Part shown: positions 26,734-35,328 of the stretch, piece after piece
Numbering within the stretch: position 1 is the first letter of the stretch
Layout: every line of letters starts with the position of its first letter
Source of the DNA: Rhodospirillales bacterium
Lineage (GTDB): Bacteria; Pseudomonadota; Alphaproteobacteria; Rhodospirillales; Casp-alpha2
NCBI GenBank assembly: GCA_038117205.1
Contig: JAYOFL010000003.1
Span: 4,007-68,006 of the forward strand
Reading direction: 5' to 3'
Length of the DNA: 64,000 bases
Position numbers and translations under genes: made by a program
Notes under the pieces: model-generated
What the model was told of the DNA's origin: nothing
What the model saw: the letters and a program-made list of their open reading frames with translations, nothing else
Database searches by the model: none

Positions 26734-29316
26734 ATGAGGGGTAATTCCCGCGCCGAACGGAACGACGAGGTCGGCGCCGACAGCCTGACCCGGGGCTACG
26801 CGCCGGCGCCCGGCATCTACGACGAGATGATGGACCCGAACGGCGCGATCCGGCCGCACTGGTCGAAGTTTCTCGGCGAACTGGGCGGCATGTCCCGATT
26901 CCAGATACAGGAATCCTGGGAAACGGCGCAGCGGCTGGTCCGCGAAAACGGCACCACCTACAACGTCTACGACGATCCGAACGACATCGTCCGGCCCTGG
27001 CGAATGGACCCGGTGCCGCTGCTGATCGGCGCCGAGGAATGGCGTTCCCTGGAACAGGGATTGATCCAGCGCGCCCGACTGTTGAACGCCATCGTCGCCG
27101 ACATCTACGGGCCGCAGAAGCTGCTGACGTCGGGCAAGCTGCCGTCGTCGCTGGTGTTCGGAAATCCAAGTTTCCTGCGCCCGATGCACGGAATCACGCC
27201 GCCCTCCAACGTGCATCTGCACTTCCTGGCGCTCGATCTGGCGCGCTCGCACGACCGCCGCTGGTGGATGTTGAGCGACCGCACGCAGGCGCCGTCCGGC
27301 GCCGGTTACGCGCTCGAGAACCGGGTCGTCATGGCGCGGACGCTGCCGAACATCTTCCGCGATTCGCAGGTGCAGCGTCTCGCCGGCTTCTTCCAGGCGC
27401 TCAGCGACAACCTCGTCCGGATGGCCCGGAAGGACAATCCGCTCGCCGTCCTGATGACGCCCGGCCCGCACAACGAAACCTATTTCGAGCACGCGTATCT
27501 GGCCCGCTATCTCGGCTTCCCGCTGGTCGAGGGCGCTGATCTCACGGTCCGCGACAACAAGGTCTACCTGAAGACGCTGCACGGCCTGAAGCAGGTCGAT
27601 CTGATCTTCCGCCGCGTCGACGGGGAATTCTGCGACCCGCTGGAACTTCGGTCCGATTCGCTGCTCGGCGTCGCCGGCCTGGTGGCCGCCATCCGCGCCG
27701 GCAACGTCGTCGTCGCCAATTCGCTCGGCAGCGGCCTCGTCGAATGCGAGGCGTTGATGAGCTTCCTCCCCGGCCTGAGCCGGGAACTGTACGGCGAGGA
27801 CCTGCTGATCCCGTCGCTGGCGACCTGGTGGTGCGGCCAGGAGGCGGAGCGCAATTACGTCATCGAGAACCTCGACCGGCTGGTTATCCGCCCGACCTTC
27901 TCCAACCGCTCCATCATCGCCGACCGCATGCGCGCGATCATGCCGGGCAAGCTGACGGCGGCCGAGCGCATCCAGCTCCTGGAACGCATGCGGCACCGCG
28001 GCTACGACTTCTTCGGGCAGGAGGAGATCGCGCTCTCGACGGCGCCATCCTGGCATCTCGAAGGCCTGCGGCCGAGCCCGATGGTGCTCCGCGTCTATCT
28101 CTGCGCCGACGGCGACAGCTACCGCGTCATGCCGGGCGGCCTGACGCGCACCGCCGACAATTCCGAGGCGCACGCCGTCACCATGCAGCAGGGCGACGCC
28201 AGCAAGGACACCTGGGTGCTCTGGGATTCGCCGGTCAGCACGTTTTCGCGTCTCGCGTCCCCGGACCAGGACGTGGTACTGCGTCGGAGCGGCACCGATC
28301 TGCCGAGCCGCGTCGCCGACAACCTGTTCTGGCTCGGCCGCTACGCCGAGCGGACCGAAAGCACCGTCCGCCTGATGCGGAGCGTCGTGTTGCGCCTCGC
28401 CGGCGAGGCCGGGGCCGGCGACGATCCGCAGACCCTGCTCAAGCTGCTCGGCATCCTGGTCGATCTCGGCTACATGCGTCAACGCACCGCCAAGCAGGCC
28501 GCCGCGCGCGGCATTTCGGCGGTCGAACGCGAGGTCGCGATCCTGCTGTTCGACCGGGAATGCCCGAGCGGCATCCTGAGCCTGTTGAACGATCTGCGCC
28601 GCACCGCCTCGCTGGTTCGCGAGCGGCTCAGCATGGATTCATGGCGCATTCTGAACGGCCTGCACCAGCGCGCCGCCAGCCATGCGACGCTGCACCGGCT
28701 GAACATCGACGACGCCTTGAAGCTCCTCAACTTCATGCTCGAGGAACTGGCCGCCTTCAGCGGCATGCAGATGGAGAACATGACGCGCAGCCTCGGTTGG
28801 CGCCTGCTCGACATCGGCCGCCGCGTCGAACGGACGACGCACATGGCGCGTCTCTTGAAGGAATTGGCCGTCGACGGCGATCCGGCGGCGGAAGGCGGGC
28901 TCGATCTGCTGCTCGAACTCGGCGACAGCTCCATGACCTACCGGACGCGCTATCTGTCGAGCGTACAGTTGACGCCGGTGGTCGATCTGCTGGCGACCGA
29001 CGATTCCAATCCGCGCTCGATCGCGTTTCAGATCGCCCTTCTGGCGGAACACGTCGACGTGCTGCCGCACGACCGAGGACTGGCTTCCCTGTCGCGCAAA
29101 CAATTCCTGATCGAGGCCATGCGCAGCGAGCTCAAGCTCGTCGACGTGCGGAGACTGTGCGCGCAGCGCAACAAGCGCGGCAAGCGGGTGCAGCTGCAGA
29201 AACTCCTCGAACGCATCGAATCCAGAACCTACGAGCTTTCCGACGCGCTGGCGCAACGGTACTTCTCGCACGCCATGGCGACGCGAAGCCGCACCGCCAG
29301 CGAGGCCGCGCCGTGA
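26734..29316 (+). CDS. circularly permuted ATP-grasp (DUF404/DUF407 type) fused to an alpha-E (DUF403 type) domain
   Basis: 860 aa from ATG 26734 (TTG 26728 is also possible). The N-terminal two-thirds match the permuted ATP-grasp family (YDEMMDPNGAIRPHW, ENGTTYNVY, RVVMARTLP). The C-terminal third (DNLFWLGRYAERTE onward) is alpha-E-like. Confidence 0.85.
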   Translation: MRGNSRAERNDEVGADSLTRGYAPAPGIYDEMMDPNGAIRPHWSKFLGELGGMSRFQIQESWETAQRLVRENGTTYNVYDDPNDIVRPWRMDPVPLLIGAEEWRSLEQGLIQRARLLNAIVADIYGPQKLLTSGKLPSSLVFGNPSFLRPMHGITPPSNVHLHFLALDLARSHDRRWWMLSDRTQAPSGAGYALENRVVMARTLPNIFRDSQVQRLAGFFQALSDNLVRMARKDNPLAVLMTPGPHNETYFEHAYLARYLGFPLVEGADLTVRDNKVYLKTLHGLKQVDLIFRRVDGEFCDPLELRSDSLLGVAGLVAAIRAGNVVVANSLGSGLVECEALMSFLPGLSRELYGEDLLIPSLATWWCGQEAERNYVIENLDRLVIRPTFSNRSIIADRMRAIMPGKLTAAERIQLLERMRHRGYDFFGQEEIALSTAPSWHLEGLRPSPMVLRVYLCADGDSYRVMPGGLTRTADNSEAHAVTMQQGDASKDTWVLWDSPVSTFSRLASPDQDVVLRRSGTDLPSRVADNLFWLGRYAERTESTVRLMRSVVLRLAGEAGAGDDPQTLLKLLGILVDLGYMRQRTAKQAAARGISAVEREVAILLFDRECPSGILSLLNDLRRTASLVRERLSMDSWRILNGLHQRAASHATLHRLNIDDALKLLNFMLEELAAFSGMQMENMTRSLGWRLLDIGRRVERTTHMARLLKELAVDGDPAAEGGLDLLLELGDSSMTYRTRYLSSVQLTPVVDLLATDDSNPRSIAFQIALLAEHVDVLPHDRGLASLSRKQFLIEAMRSELKLVDVRRLCAQRNKRGKRVQLQKLLERIESRTYELSDALAQRYFSHAMATRSRTASEAAP

Positions 29317-30188
29317 TTTACGACGTCAGCCACAAGACGACCTTCAAGTATTCACAAAGCGTTTCGATTTCGCAGCATCTTCTGCATTTGGCGCCCCGGC
29401 CATGCCCGCAACAGGTCTGTCGGCGGCAGGCGCTGATCGTCGAGCCGCCGCCGACCCTCAGCAAGGACGACGTGGATTACTTCGGCAATCCGACCACGTA
29501 TCTGACCGTCGAGGATTCGCACGACGAGTTGGTGATCATGGCGTCGTCGACCGTCGAGGTCCGGCCGATCCCGGCGCCGGCACCGGCGAGCACCGTTCCC
29601 TGGGACGACATTCCGGTTCTGTTGTCGCAGGCCATCGGCCGGGACGAATTGGACGCCTATCAGTTCGCATTCTCGTCGCCGTTCACAGGCTCAAGCAACG
29701 CCGTCACCTACGCACTCGATTCCTTCACGCCCGGCCGGCCGGTCCTGGAAGCCGCGCTCGATCTGATGAGCCGCATCTATCGGGAGTTCAAGTACGAGGG
29801 CGGCGTCACCGACGTCTACACGCCGGTCGACCGTGTGCTGATCGAGCGGCGCGGCGTTTGTCAGGATTTCGCGCACCTGCAGATCGCCTGCATGCGCGGG
29901 CTCGGCCTGCCGGCGCGTTACGTCAGCGGCTATCTGCTGACGCATGCGCCGGAGGGAAAGGAAAAGCTCGTCGGCGCCGACGCGTCGCACGCTTGGCTCG
30001 CGGTCTGGGTACCCGGGCACGGCTGGGTCGATCTCGACCCGACCAACAACCTCATTCCCGGCGACGAGCACATCACCGTCGCTTGGGGCCGGGACTACGG
30101 CGACGTGAGCCCGATCAACGGCCTCGTCATCGGCGGCGGCCGCCATGACATCGACGTCGCCGTCGACGTCCGACCGGTCCGCGGCTGA
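29313..30188 (+). CDS. transglutaminase-family protein (small, Bact_transglu_N plus core)
   Basis: GTG start in a GTGA overlap with the upstream stop. VIYDVSHKTTFKYSQSVSISQHLLHLAPR at the N-terminus, with core GVCQDFAHL and SHAWLAVWVPGHGWVDLDPTNN. The track shows it only as the tail of the spurious ORF 27744-30188. Confidence 0.85.
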   Translation: MIYDVSHKTTFKYSQSVSISQHLLHLAPRPCPQQVCRRQALIVEPPPTLSKDDVDYFGNPTTYLTVEDSHDELVIMASSTVEVRPIPAPAPASTVPWDDIPVLLSQAIGRDELDAYQFAFSSPFTGSSNAVTYALDSFTPGRPVLEAALDLMSRIYREFKYEGGVTDVYTPVDRVLIERRGVCQDFAHLQIACMRGLGLPARYVSGYLLTHAPEGKEKLVGADASHAWLAVWVPGHGWVDLDPTNNLIPGDEHITVAWGRDYGDVSPINGLVIGGGRHDIDVAVDVRPVRG

Positions 30189-30195
30189 ACCGGCC

Positions 30196-30921
30196 TCAGT
30201 TCCCGCCCCGGCTCAGCATCGTCCCGCCGCAGACGAACAGCGTCTGCCCCGTCACGAAGCCGCTGCGCTCGTCCATGAAGAACGATACCGCGTGCGCGAT
30301 GTCGGTCGTCTCGCCGATCCGCCCAACCGGGATCGAGCCGATGATTTCCTGCGTGCGCGGCATGCCGGGCGGGTTGACCCGCTCGAACAGTTCCGTGCGG
30401 ATCGGCCCCGGCGCCACCGAGTTGACGGTAATGCCGTCGTGACCGAGCTCCAGCGCCCAGACGTTGCCCATGGCGCGGATGCCGGCCTTGGATCCGGAAT
30501 AGGCGGTGCGGTGCGTCTTGCCGAGGCTGGCCCGGCTCGAAATGTTGACGATGCGTCCGAAACGCGCGTCCCGCATGCCGGGCGCCAGCAACTGCGCCAG
30601 AAGCATGGGGGCGCGCATGTTCACGGCCATGATGAGGTCGAAATCCTCGACCGTCGATTCCGAAAGCAGGGTCGACGACGCGACGCCGGCATTGTTGACC
30701 AGCCCAAGGATCGGCCCGTCCGCGAGCAGGGTGGCGATCACCTCGCGGATGGCGTCGACGTCGGTCAGATCGATCTCGACCCAAAGGCCCGGCGCGGCCT
30801 CGCCGTCCTTGGGCGGCGCCTTGTCGAGGTTGAGAACGGCCCAGCCGTCGGCCTGCAACCGTTCGGCGATGGCGCGGCCGATGCCCTGGCTGGCGCCGGT
30901 GACGATGACTCGCTTCGCCAT
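30196..30921 (-). CDS. SDR-family oxidoreductase
   Basis: 241 aa with TGASQGIG, NNAG and YSGSKAG motifs. Confidence 0.85.
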   Translation of the reverse strand: MAKRVIVTGASQGIGRAIAERLQADGWAVLNLDKAPPKDGEAAPGLWVEIDLTDVDAIREVIATLLADGPILGLVNNAGVASSTLLSESTVEDFDLIMAVNMRAPMLLAQLLAPGMRDARFGRIVNISSRASLGKTHRTAYSGSKAGIRAMGNVWALELGHDGITVNSVAPGPIRTELFERVNPPGMPRTQEIIGSIPVGRIGETTDIAHAVSFFMDERSGFVTGQTLFVCGGTMLSRGGN

Positions 30922-30922
30922 G

Positions 30923-31321
30923 TCAGTCGTCGCTCCCGCCGGCTTCCTTGTCCGCGGTCTCGAACGCCGCCTTGACGTGGCGCATGCTGTCGAGAGCCGC
31001 CGGCAGGCCGCAATAGATGCCGGTCTGCAACACCGCCTCGACGATCTCGTCGCGGGTGCAGCCGTTGTTCAGCGCGCCCTTCAGATGCACCGCCAGTTCG
31101 TGTGGACGGTTCAAGGCCGTCAGCATGCCGATGTTGATCAGGCTGCGGGTGCGGCGGTCTAGTCCCGGCCGGGTCCAGATGGCGCCCCAGCCGTATTCGA
31201 CGACCAAATCCTGCAACGGCCTCGTCAGTTCGTCGGCGGCGGCCAGCGAACGGTCGACGTGAGCGTCGCCCAACACTTCCCGACGCGCCTTCATGCCGGC
31301 GTCGTAGCGTTCCTTGTCCAT
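30923..31321 (-). CDS. carboxymuconolactone decarboxylase (CMD) family protein
   Basis: The real start is MDKERYDAGMKARREVLG, with a GGGAGGGAG RBS. The block WTRPGLDRRTRSLINIGMLTALNRPHELAVHLKGALNNGCTRDEI is typical of the PcaC/CMD family. Confidence 0.8.
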   Translation of the reverse strand: MDKERYDAGMKARREVLGDAHVDRSLAAADELTRPLQDLVVEYGWGAIWTRPGLDRRTRSLINIGMLTALNRPHELAVHLKGALNNGCTRDEIVEAVLQTGIYCGLPAALDSMRHVKAAFETADKEAGGSDD

Positions 31322-31423
31322 GCGGTTTCTCCCTCCCGTTGGCGGCGAACTGCCGCGCGGCATCTTGGCGCGCGGGCGCGCGCCGGGCAATGCCGCCAAA
31401 GAAAGATACAAAGGGGAATATGT

Positions 31424-31457
31424 GGAAAGTAAAACGCCGGCGGGTTTCCCCGCCGGC
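31424..31457 (-). terminator. Rho-independent terminator of the truncated gene ending at 31465
   Basis: On the minus strand: GCCGGCGGG-GAAA-CCCGCCGGC followed by GTTTTACTTT, starting 8 nt after the TAA. Confidence 0.6.
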
Positions 31458-31464
31458 GCATCCG

Positions 31465-31683
31465 TTACTGGATGATCTTGTCGAGCTCGTCGAAGTCGAG
31501 GTGGCTGCCGTCCGGCATTTCGATGGTGCTGGAAGCGTCGTCCTCGAAGACGATCTGGCGCGCCGTCGTCTGGTCGAGGTCGACCGTGCCCTCGTGCAGT
31601 TGCAGCGTCCACGAGTGATCCGGGCTGACGCTGGAGCGCGCCTCGTAGGTGACGTCGTCGATGGCGGTGAACGTCCAGTCGCC
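31465..31683 (-). pseudogene. 3'-terminal remnant (about 73 codons) of an acidic, probably secreted protein; no start codon
   Basis: GDWTFTAIDDVTYEARSSVSPDHSWTLQLHEGTVDLDQTTARQIVFEDDASSTIEMPDGSHLDFDELDKIIQ has strong GC3 bias and its own terminator. Upstream of 31683 the frame runs antisense through the ABC remnant. Confidence 0.5.
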
Positions 31684-31698
31684 GGCGAGACCGACCTG

Positions 31699-32049
31699 CT
31701 CGGCGACATCGAGAAGCTGCCCGACGGCTTCGACACCCGCGTCGGCGACAGCCGCACCGACAGCCTGCCGAAGAACGTCCAGCAGAAGCTTTCGTTGGCC
31801 CGCGCCTATCTCAAGCGCGCCCCGATCGTGCTGTTCGACGAACCGGTCAACGGCCTCGATTTCGCCGCCGACAAGCTGTTCATGGAAATGCTCGACAAGC
31901 TGCGGGGCCACGCCACGGTGTTCCTGGTGACGCACCGGCCGAGCCATCTCAATAATGTCGACAAGATCATCGTCATGGAGCGGGGTCAGGTCCTGATGGC
32001 CGGCCCGCCGAACGAAGTTCGCCCGCGCCTGCCGAAGAACCTCTTCTAG
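31699..32049 (+). pseudogene. C-terminal remnant (about 115 codons) of a T1SS-type ABC transporter ATPase
   Basis: LLGDIEKLPDGFDTRVGDS...IVLFDEP...VFLVTHRPSHLNNVDKIIVMERGQVL aligns with the segment running from just before the signature motif to the end of HlyB-like NBDs. Walker A, the Q-loop and the whole TMD/peptidase part are missing. The signature position reads SLPKNVQQK instead of LSGGQRQR. Confidence 0.65.
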
Positions 32050-32093
32050 ACCCGAAACGTCCGCCAACAACGGAACAGAGACGAGCAACGATC

Positions 32094-33458
32094 ATGATCA
32101 AGCGCAACAGAAACCAGCCCAAACCCAGCACCGGCGAGGAAACTCAGCTCGCCAGCCGGCAAATCAGGTTCATGGCGCAGTCGGTGCTGCTCGAGGAAGC
32201 CGGCACCAGCTGGATGACCTCGGCGACCATTTACGTCGTCGGCGGCGTCGTTGCCTCCTTCATCGTCTGGTCGTCGCTGACCCATGTCGACGAGGTGGCG
32301 ATCACGCACGGCTCCGTCGTGCCGGCGGGTTCGGTGCAGACGGTGCAGCACCTGGAAGGCGGCATCGTCAGCGAGATCATGGTGAAGGAAAAGGATCTGG
32401 TTAAGAAGGGCCAGCCGCTGATCCGCATGGACCCGGTGCAGGCCAGCGGCGAAGCGGATCAGATCAAGGCGCGGCGGATCGGCCTGCAATTGCGCGCCGA
32501 GCGGCTCCGCGCCGTCGCCGAGGCCCGCCGCACCAACTTCAAGTCCGGCCCGCAGTATGCGCATCTGGTGAAGGACCAGATGGAAATCTACAACGCGCAG
32601 ATCGACCGCTGGGAATCGCAGCGGCTGGTGTTCCGCAAGCAGGCGGAGCAGAAGCGCCAGGAAGTCGCCGCCGTGCGCGAGCAGATATCCGCGACCAACC
32701 GGCAGATTTCGCTGCTCGCCAAGGAAGTGGCCATGCGCGAGAAGCTGGCCGCCGACGGCTACACGGCGCAGGTCGTCGTGTACGCGGTGCAGCGCCAGCA
32801 TGCGGCTGCCGAAAGCGAGCTCGGCCGCCTCAAGGGACAGGAAAAGACCGCCCTCGAGGAACTGAAGGAAATGATCAGCCGCGAGGCGGATCTGGACCAG
32901 AACGTGCGCGAGAACGCGCTAAACGAAATGGGTACCGTCACCGCCGAGCTGGCGCAGGTCGAGGAAACCCTGAACCGCACCAACGACCGCGTGAACCGCC
33001 TGGTCATCACGGCGCCGGTCAGCGGCTACGTCCAGGATCTCAAGGTCAAGACCGTCGGCGCCGTCGTGCCGGCGGGCGGCGTGCTGATGGATATCGTGCC
33101 TTCCGACGAGAAATTGAACGTCGAAACCCGGATCGCGACCCGCGACATCGGCTTCGTCAAGGTCGGCCAGCCGGTCACGATCAAGGTGACCAGCTACGAC
33201 TTCGCCCGCTACGGCAGCGTCGCCGGCATGCTGACGTCCGTTTCGGCGACCACCATCAACGACGAGAAGACCGGCCAGCCGTTCTACAAGGGCGTCGTCG
33301 AACTCACGCAATTCCATGTCGGCGAAAACGCCCAGGCGAACCAAATCGTCCCCCGCATGACGGTTCAGGCGGATATCGTCACCGGCAACAAGACCTTCCT
33401 GCAGTATCTCTTGAAGCCGATCTACGTCGCCATGAACGGCGCGTTCCACGAACGCTGA
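32094..33458 (+). CDS. HlyD-family type I secretion membrane-fusion protein
   Basis: 454 aa with an N-terminal TM helix, a long coiled-coil middle, and a C-terminal VQADIVTGNKTFLQYLLKPI block characteristic of HlyD-type adaptors. Confidence 0.85.
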   Translation: MIKRNRNQPKPSTGEETQLASRQIRFMAQSVLLEEAGTSWMTSATIYVVGGVVASFIVWSSLTHVDEVAITHGSVVPAGSVQTVQHLEGGIVSEIMVKEKDLVKKGQPLIRMDPVQASGEADQIKARRIGLQLRAERLRAVAEARRTNFKSGPQYAHLVKDQMEIYNAQIDRWESQRLVFRKQAEQKRQEVAAVREQISATNRQISLLAKEVAMREKLAADGYTAQVVVYAVQRQHAAAESELGRLKGQEKTALEELKEMISREADLDQNVRENALNEMGTVTAELAQVEETLNRTNDRVNRLVITAPVSGYVQDLKVKTVGAVVPAGGVLMDIVPSDEKLNVETRIATRDIGFVKVGQPVTIKVTSYDFARYGSVAGMLTSVSATTINDEKTGQPFYKGVVELTQFHVGENAQANQIVPRMTVQADIVTGNKTFLQYLLKPIYVAMNGAFHER

Positions 33459-33459
33459 G

Positions 33460-34194
33460 CTAGTCCTTGAAATAAGTCGGAAAGCGACCGCAGATATGCG
33501 GCGCTTCCGCCAGGGTTCCCGTCAGATGCGTGCGCAGCGCCATCCGCGCCCGGTCGGTATCGCCGTCCGCGAGCGCGTCGACGATCCGCCCATGCTCGTC
33601 GAGAATCCGCTGCGCCTTGCCGGGCGTCATCAAGTGCAGGCGCCGTAGCCGGTCGAGATGGCCGCTGCGGCCGCGGACTAGGCTCAGCAGGTCGGGCACC
33701 TCGGCCGCGACGTACATTCGGGCGTGGAAGGCCTCGTCGGTGGCGATGAAGGCGCCCGTGTCACCGGCCGTCATGTAGACCCGTTGACGTTCGAGAAGTT
33801 CCCGCAGCGCGGCGATCAAATCGCCCGGCGGATCGCCGGCCAGGGTTTCGACGATTTCCAACTCGACGGCGCGGCGCAGGAAGTGCGCCTGACGGGCGAG
33901 CGCCATATCGATCGGCGACACCAGCGTCGCATGCTGCGGAAACACCGCCACCAGGCCTTCCTCGGCGAGACGCATCAAGGCATCGCGAACCGGCGTCCGG
34001 CTGACGCCGAAACGCGCCGCCAGGTCCGCCCGCGAGAGAACGGTCCCCGGCACCAGCGAGACGGAGATGATCTGCGCCCGCAACGACTCGAACACGCCGG
34101 CCGCCGCCGTCATGCCGCGAATTGGTCGAATGCGCTGACCCGTGTGCGTGTCCAACGGTTGTTCCCGCGATGTCATGTTCCGGACCGCAAGCAA
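33460..34194 (-). CDS. GntR-family transcriptional regulator (FadR/FCD type), paralogue of 5157-5918
   Basis: LSRADLAARFGVSRTPVRDALMRLAEEGLV HTH followed by an FCD domain. The start is uncertain because several in-frame Met codons are present. Confidence 0.8.
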   Translation of the reverse strand: MLAVRNMTSREQPLDTHTGQRIRPIRGMTAAAGVFESLRAQIISVSLVPGTVLSRADLAARFGVSRTPVRDALMRLAEEGLVAVFPQHATLVSPIDMALARQAHFLRRAVELEIVETLAGDPPGDLIAALRELLERQRVYMTAGDTGAFIATDEAFHARMYVAAEVPDLLSLVRGRSGHLDRLRRLHLMTPGKAQRILDEHGRIVDALADGDTDRARMALRTHLTGTLAEAPHICGRFPTYFKD

Positions 34195-34211
34195 CAGCTT
34201 GCCCGGGCAAA

Positions 34212-34225
34212 ACTAATATATTAGT
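34212..34225. promoter_or_regulatory. perfect 14-bp palindrome ACTAATATATTAGT, candidate GntR operator
   Basis: Located in the divergent gntR/TAXI-TRAP promoter, 18 nt upstream of the gntR ORF start and 65 nt upstream of the SBP ATG. It matches the site at 5054-5067. Confidence 0.5.
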
Positions 34226-34289
34226 GTATTTGCCTCAACACCGAAGCCGCCAACGGGTGCGGTCGAGAAATCCTTGGGAGGGATAATAG

Positions 34290-35234
34290 ATGAAAGTTAA
34301 CCACAAGGCTGGCCTTCTGGCCACAGGCCTGATTTTCGCCATGTCCGGCGCCGCCGGCGCCGCCGATCTCAAGCTGGTCACCGGTCCGCAGGGCGGCTCC
34401 TGGTATCCGCTGGGCGGCGCGCTGAAGAACCTGATCGAAAAGCAGATCAAGGGTTCCAACGTGCAGGTCGGTCCGGGCGCGGGCATTGCCAACGTCAAGG
34501 CGATCGAGGCCGGCAAGGCCGATATCGGCTTCGCCAACTCGGTGTCGACGGTCGACGCGATCAACGGCAAGCCGCCGTTCGAAAAGAAGTACGGCAACGT
34601 CTGCAACGTCGCGACGCTGTATCCGCAGTACTTCCAGATCATCACGGTCGCCGGCAGCGGCATCAAAACGCCGGCCGATCTGAAGGGCAAGGCGCTGACG
34701 ACCCAGAAGAAGGGCAACACCGGCGAGCAGATCACCGCGCACCTTCTCGAAGCCTACGGCATGTCCTACAGCGACCTGCCGAAGGTCAACCAGGGTTCCT
34801 ACACGGACTCGGTCAACCAGTTGAAGGACGGCAACGCGACCTGGTTCACGCTCGGATCCACCGCGCCGGCGAGCTCGGTCATGGACCTGGCGGCGTCGCG
34901 TGACGTCGTGGTCGTGCCGATTCCGGACGACGGTCTCGGCAAGATGCAGAAGATCAATCCGGGCTATAAGCGCATCGTCATCAAGGCCGGCACCTATCCG
35001 AAGCAGACGGCCGACGTGCCGACGGTCGGCTACGCCACCCACGTGATCGCGCGCTGCGACCTCGACGCCAAGACCGTCGAGGGCGTACTCACCGCCATGG
35101 CCGGCGGCGTCGGCGATCTCGCCGCTATCGCCAAGGCGATGAAGGGCGTCGACGCGAAAGCGATGGCGTTCGACATCGGCGTGCCCATGCACAAGGGAGC
35201 GACGAGTTTCTACAAGGCCAAAGGCGCCCTCTAA
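34290..35234 (+). CDS. TAXI-family TRAP transporter solute receptor
   Basis: 314 aa with a signal peptide. LVTGPQGGSWYPLGGAL and IGFANS blocks are typical of TAXI proteins. Confidence 0.85.
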   Translation: MKVNHKAGLLATGLIFAMSGAAGAADLKLVTGPQGGSWYPLGGALKNLIEKQIKGSNVQVGPGAGIANVKAIEAGKADIGFANSVSTVDAINGKPPFEKKYGNVCNVATLYPQYFQIITVAGSGIKTPADLKGKALTTQKKGNTGEQITAHLLEAYGMSYSDLPKVNQGSYTDSVNQLKDGNATWFTLGSTAPASSVMDLAASRDVVVVPIPDDGLGKMQKINPGYKRIVIKAGTYPKQTADVPTVGYATHVIARCDLDAKTVEGVLTAMAGGVGDLAAIAKAMKGVDAKAMAFDIGVPMHKGATSFYKAKGAL

Positions 35235-35266
35235 GAACGGGGCAATCTCCTCCTGATACACTGAAC

Positions 35267-35296
35267 GCCGCGGCGCCCCGACGGGGGCGCCGCGGC
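35267..35296 (+). terminator. intercistronic GC stem-loop after the SBP gene (attenuator / mRNA stabiliser)
   Basis: GCCGCGGCGCCCC-GACG-GGGGCGCCGCGGC forms a 13-bp perfect stem. There is no U-tract. Confidence 0.5.
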
Positions 35297-35328
35297 ACCC
35301 TGTATACGTCCCTAGGGGGCATCTGATC

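Noticed and set aside
23078-27169. The 1363-aa minus-strand ORF, the longest in the track
   Set aside because: It runs antisense to two genes with clear family signatures (the DUF2126/transglutaminase gene and the ATP-grasp gene). Its translation is Arg/Ala/Gly/Pro-rich low-complexity sequence with no recognisable domains. This is a typical GC-driven shadow ORF.
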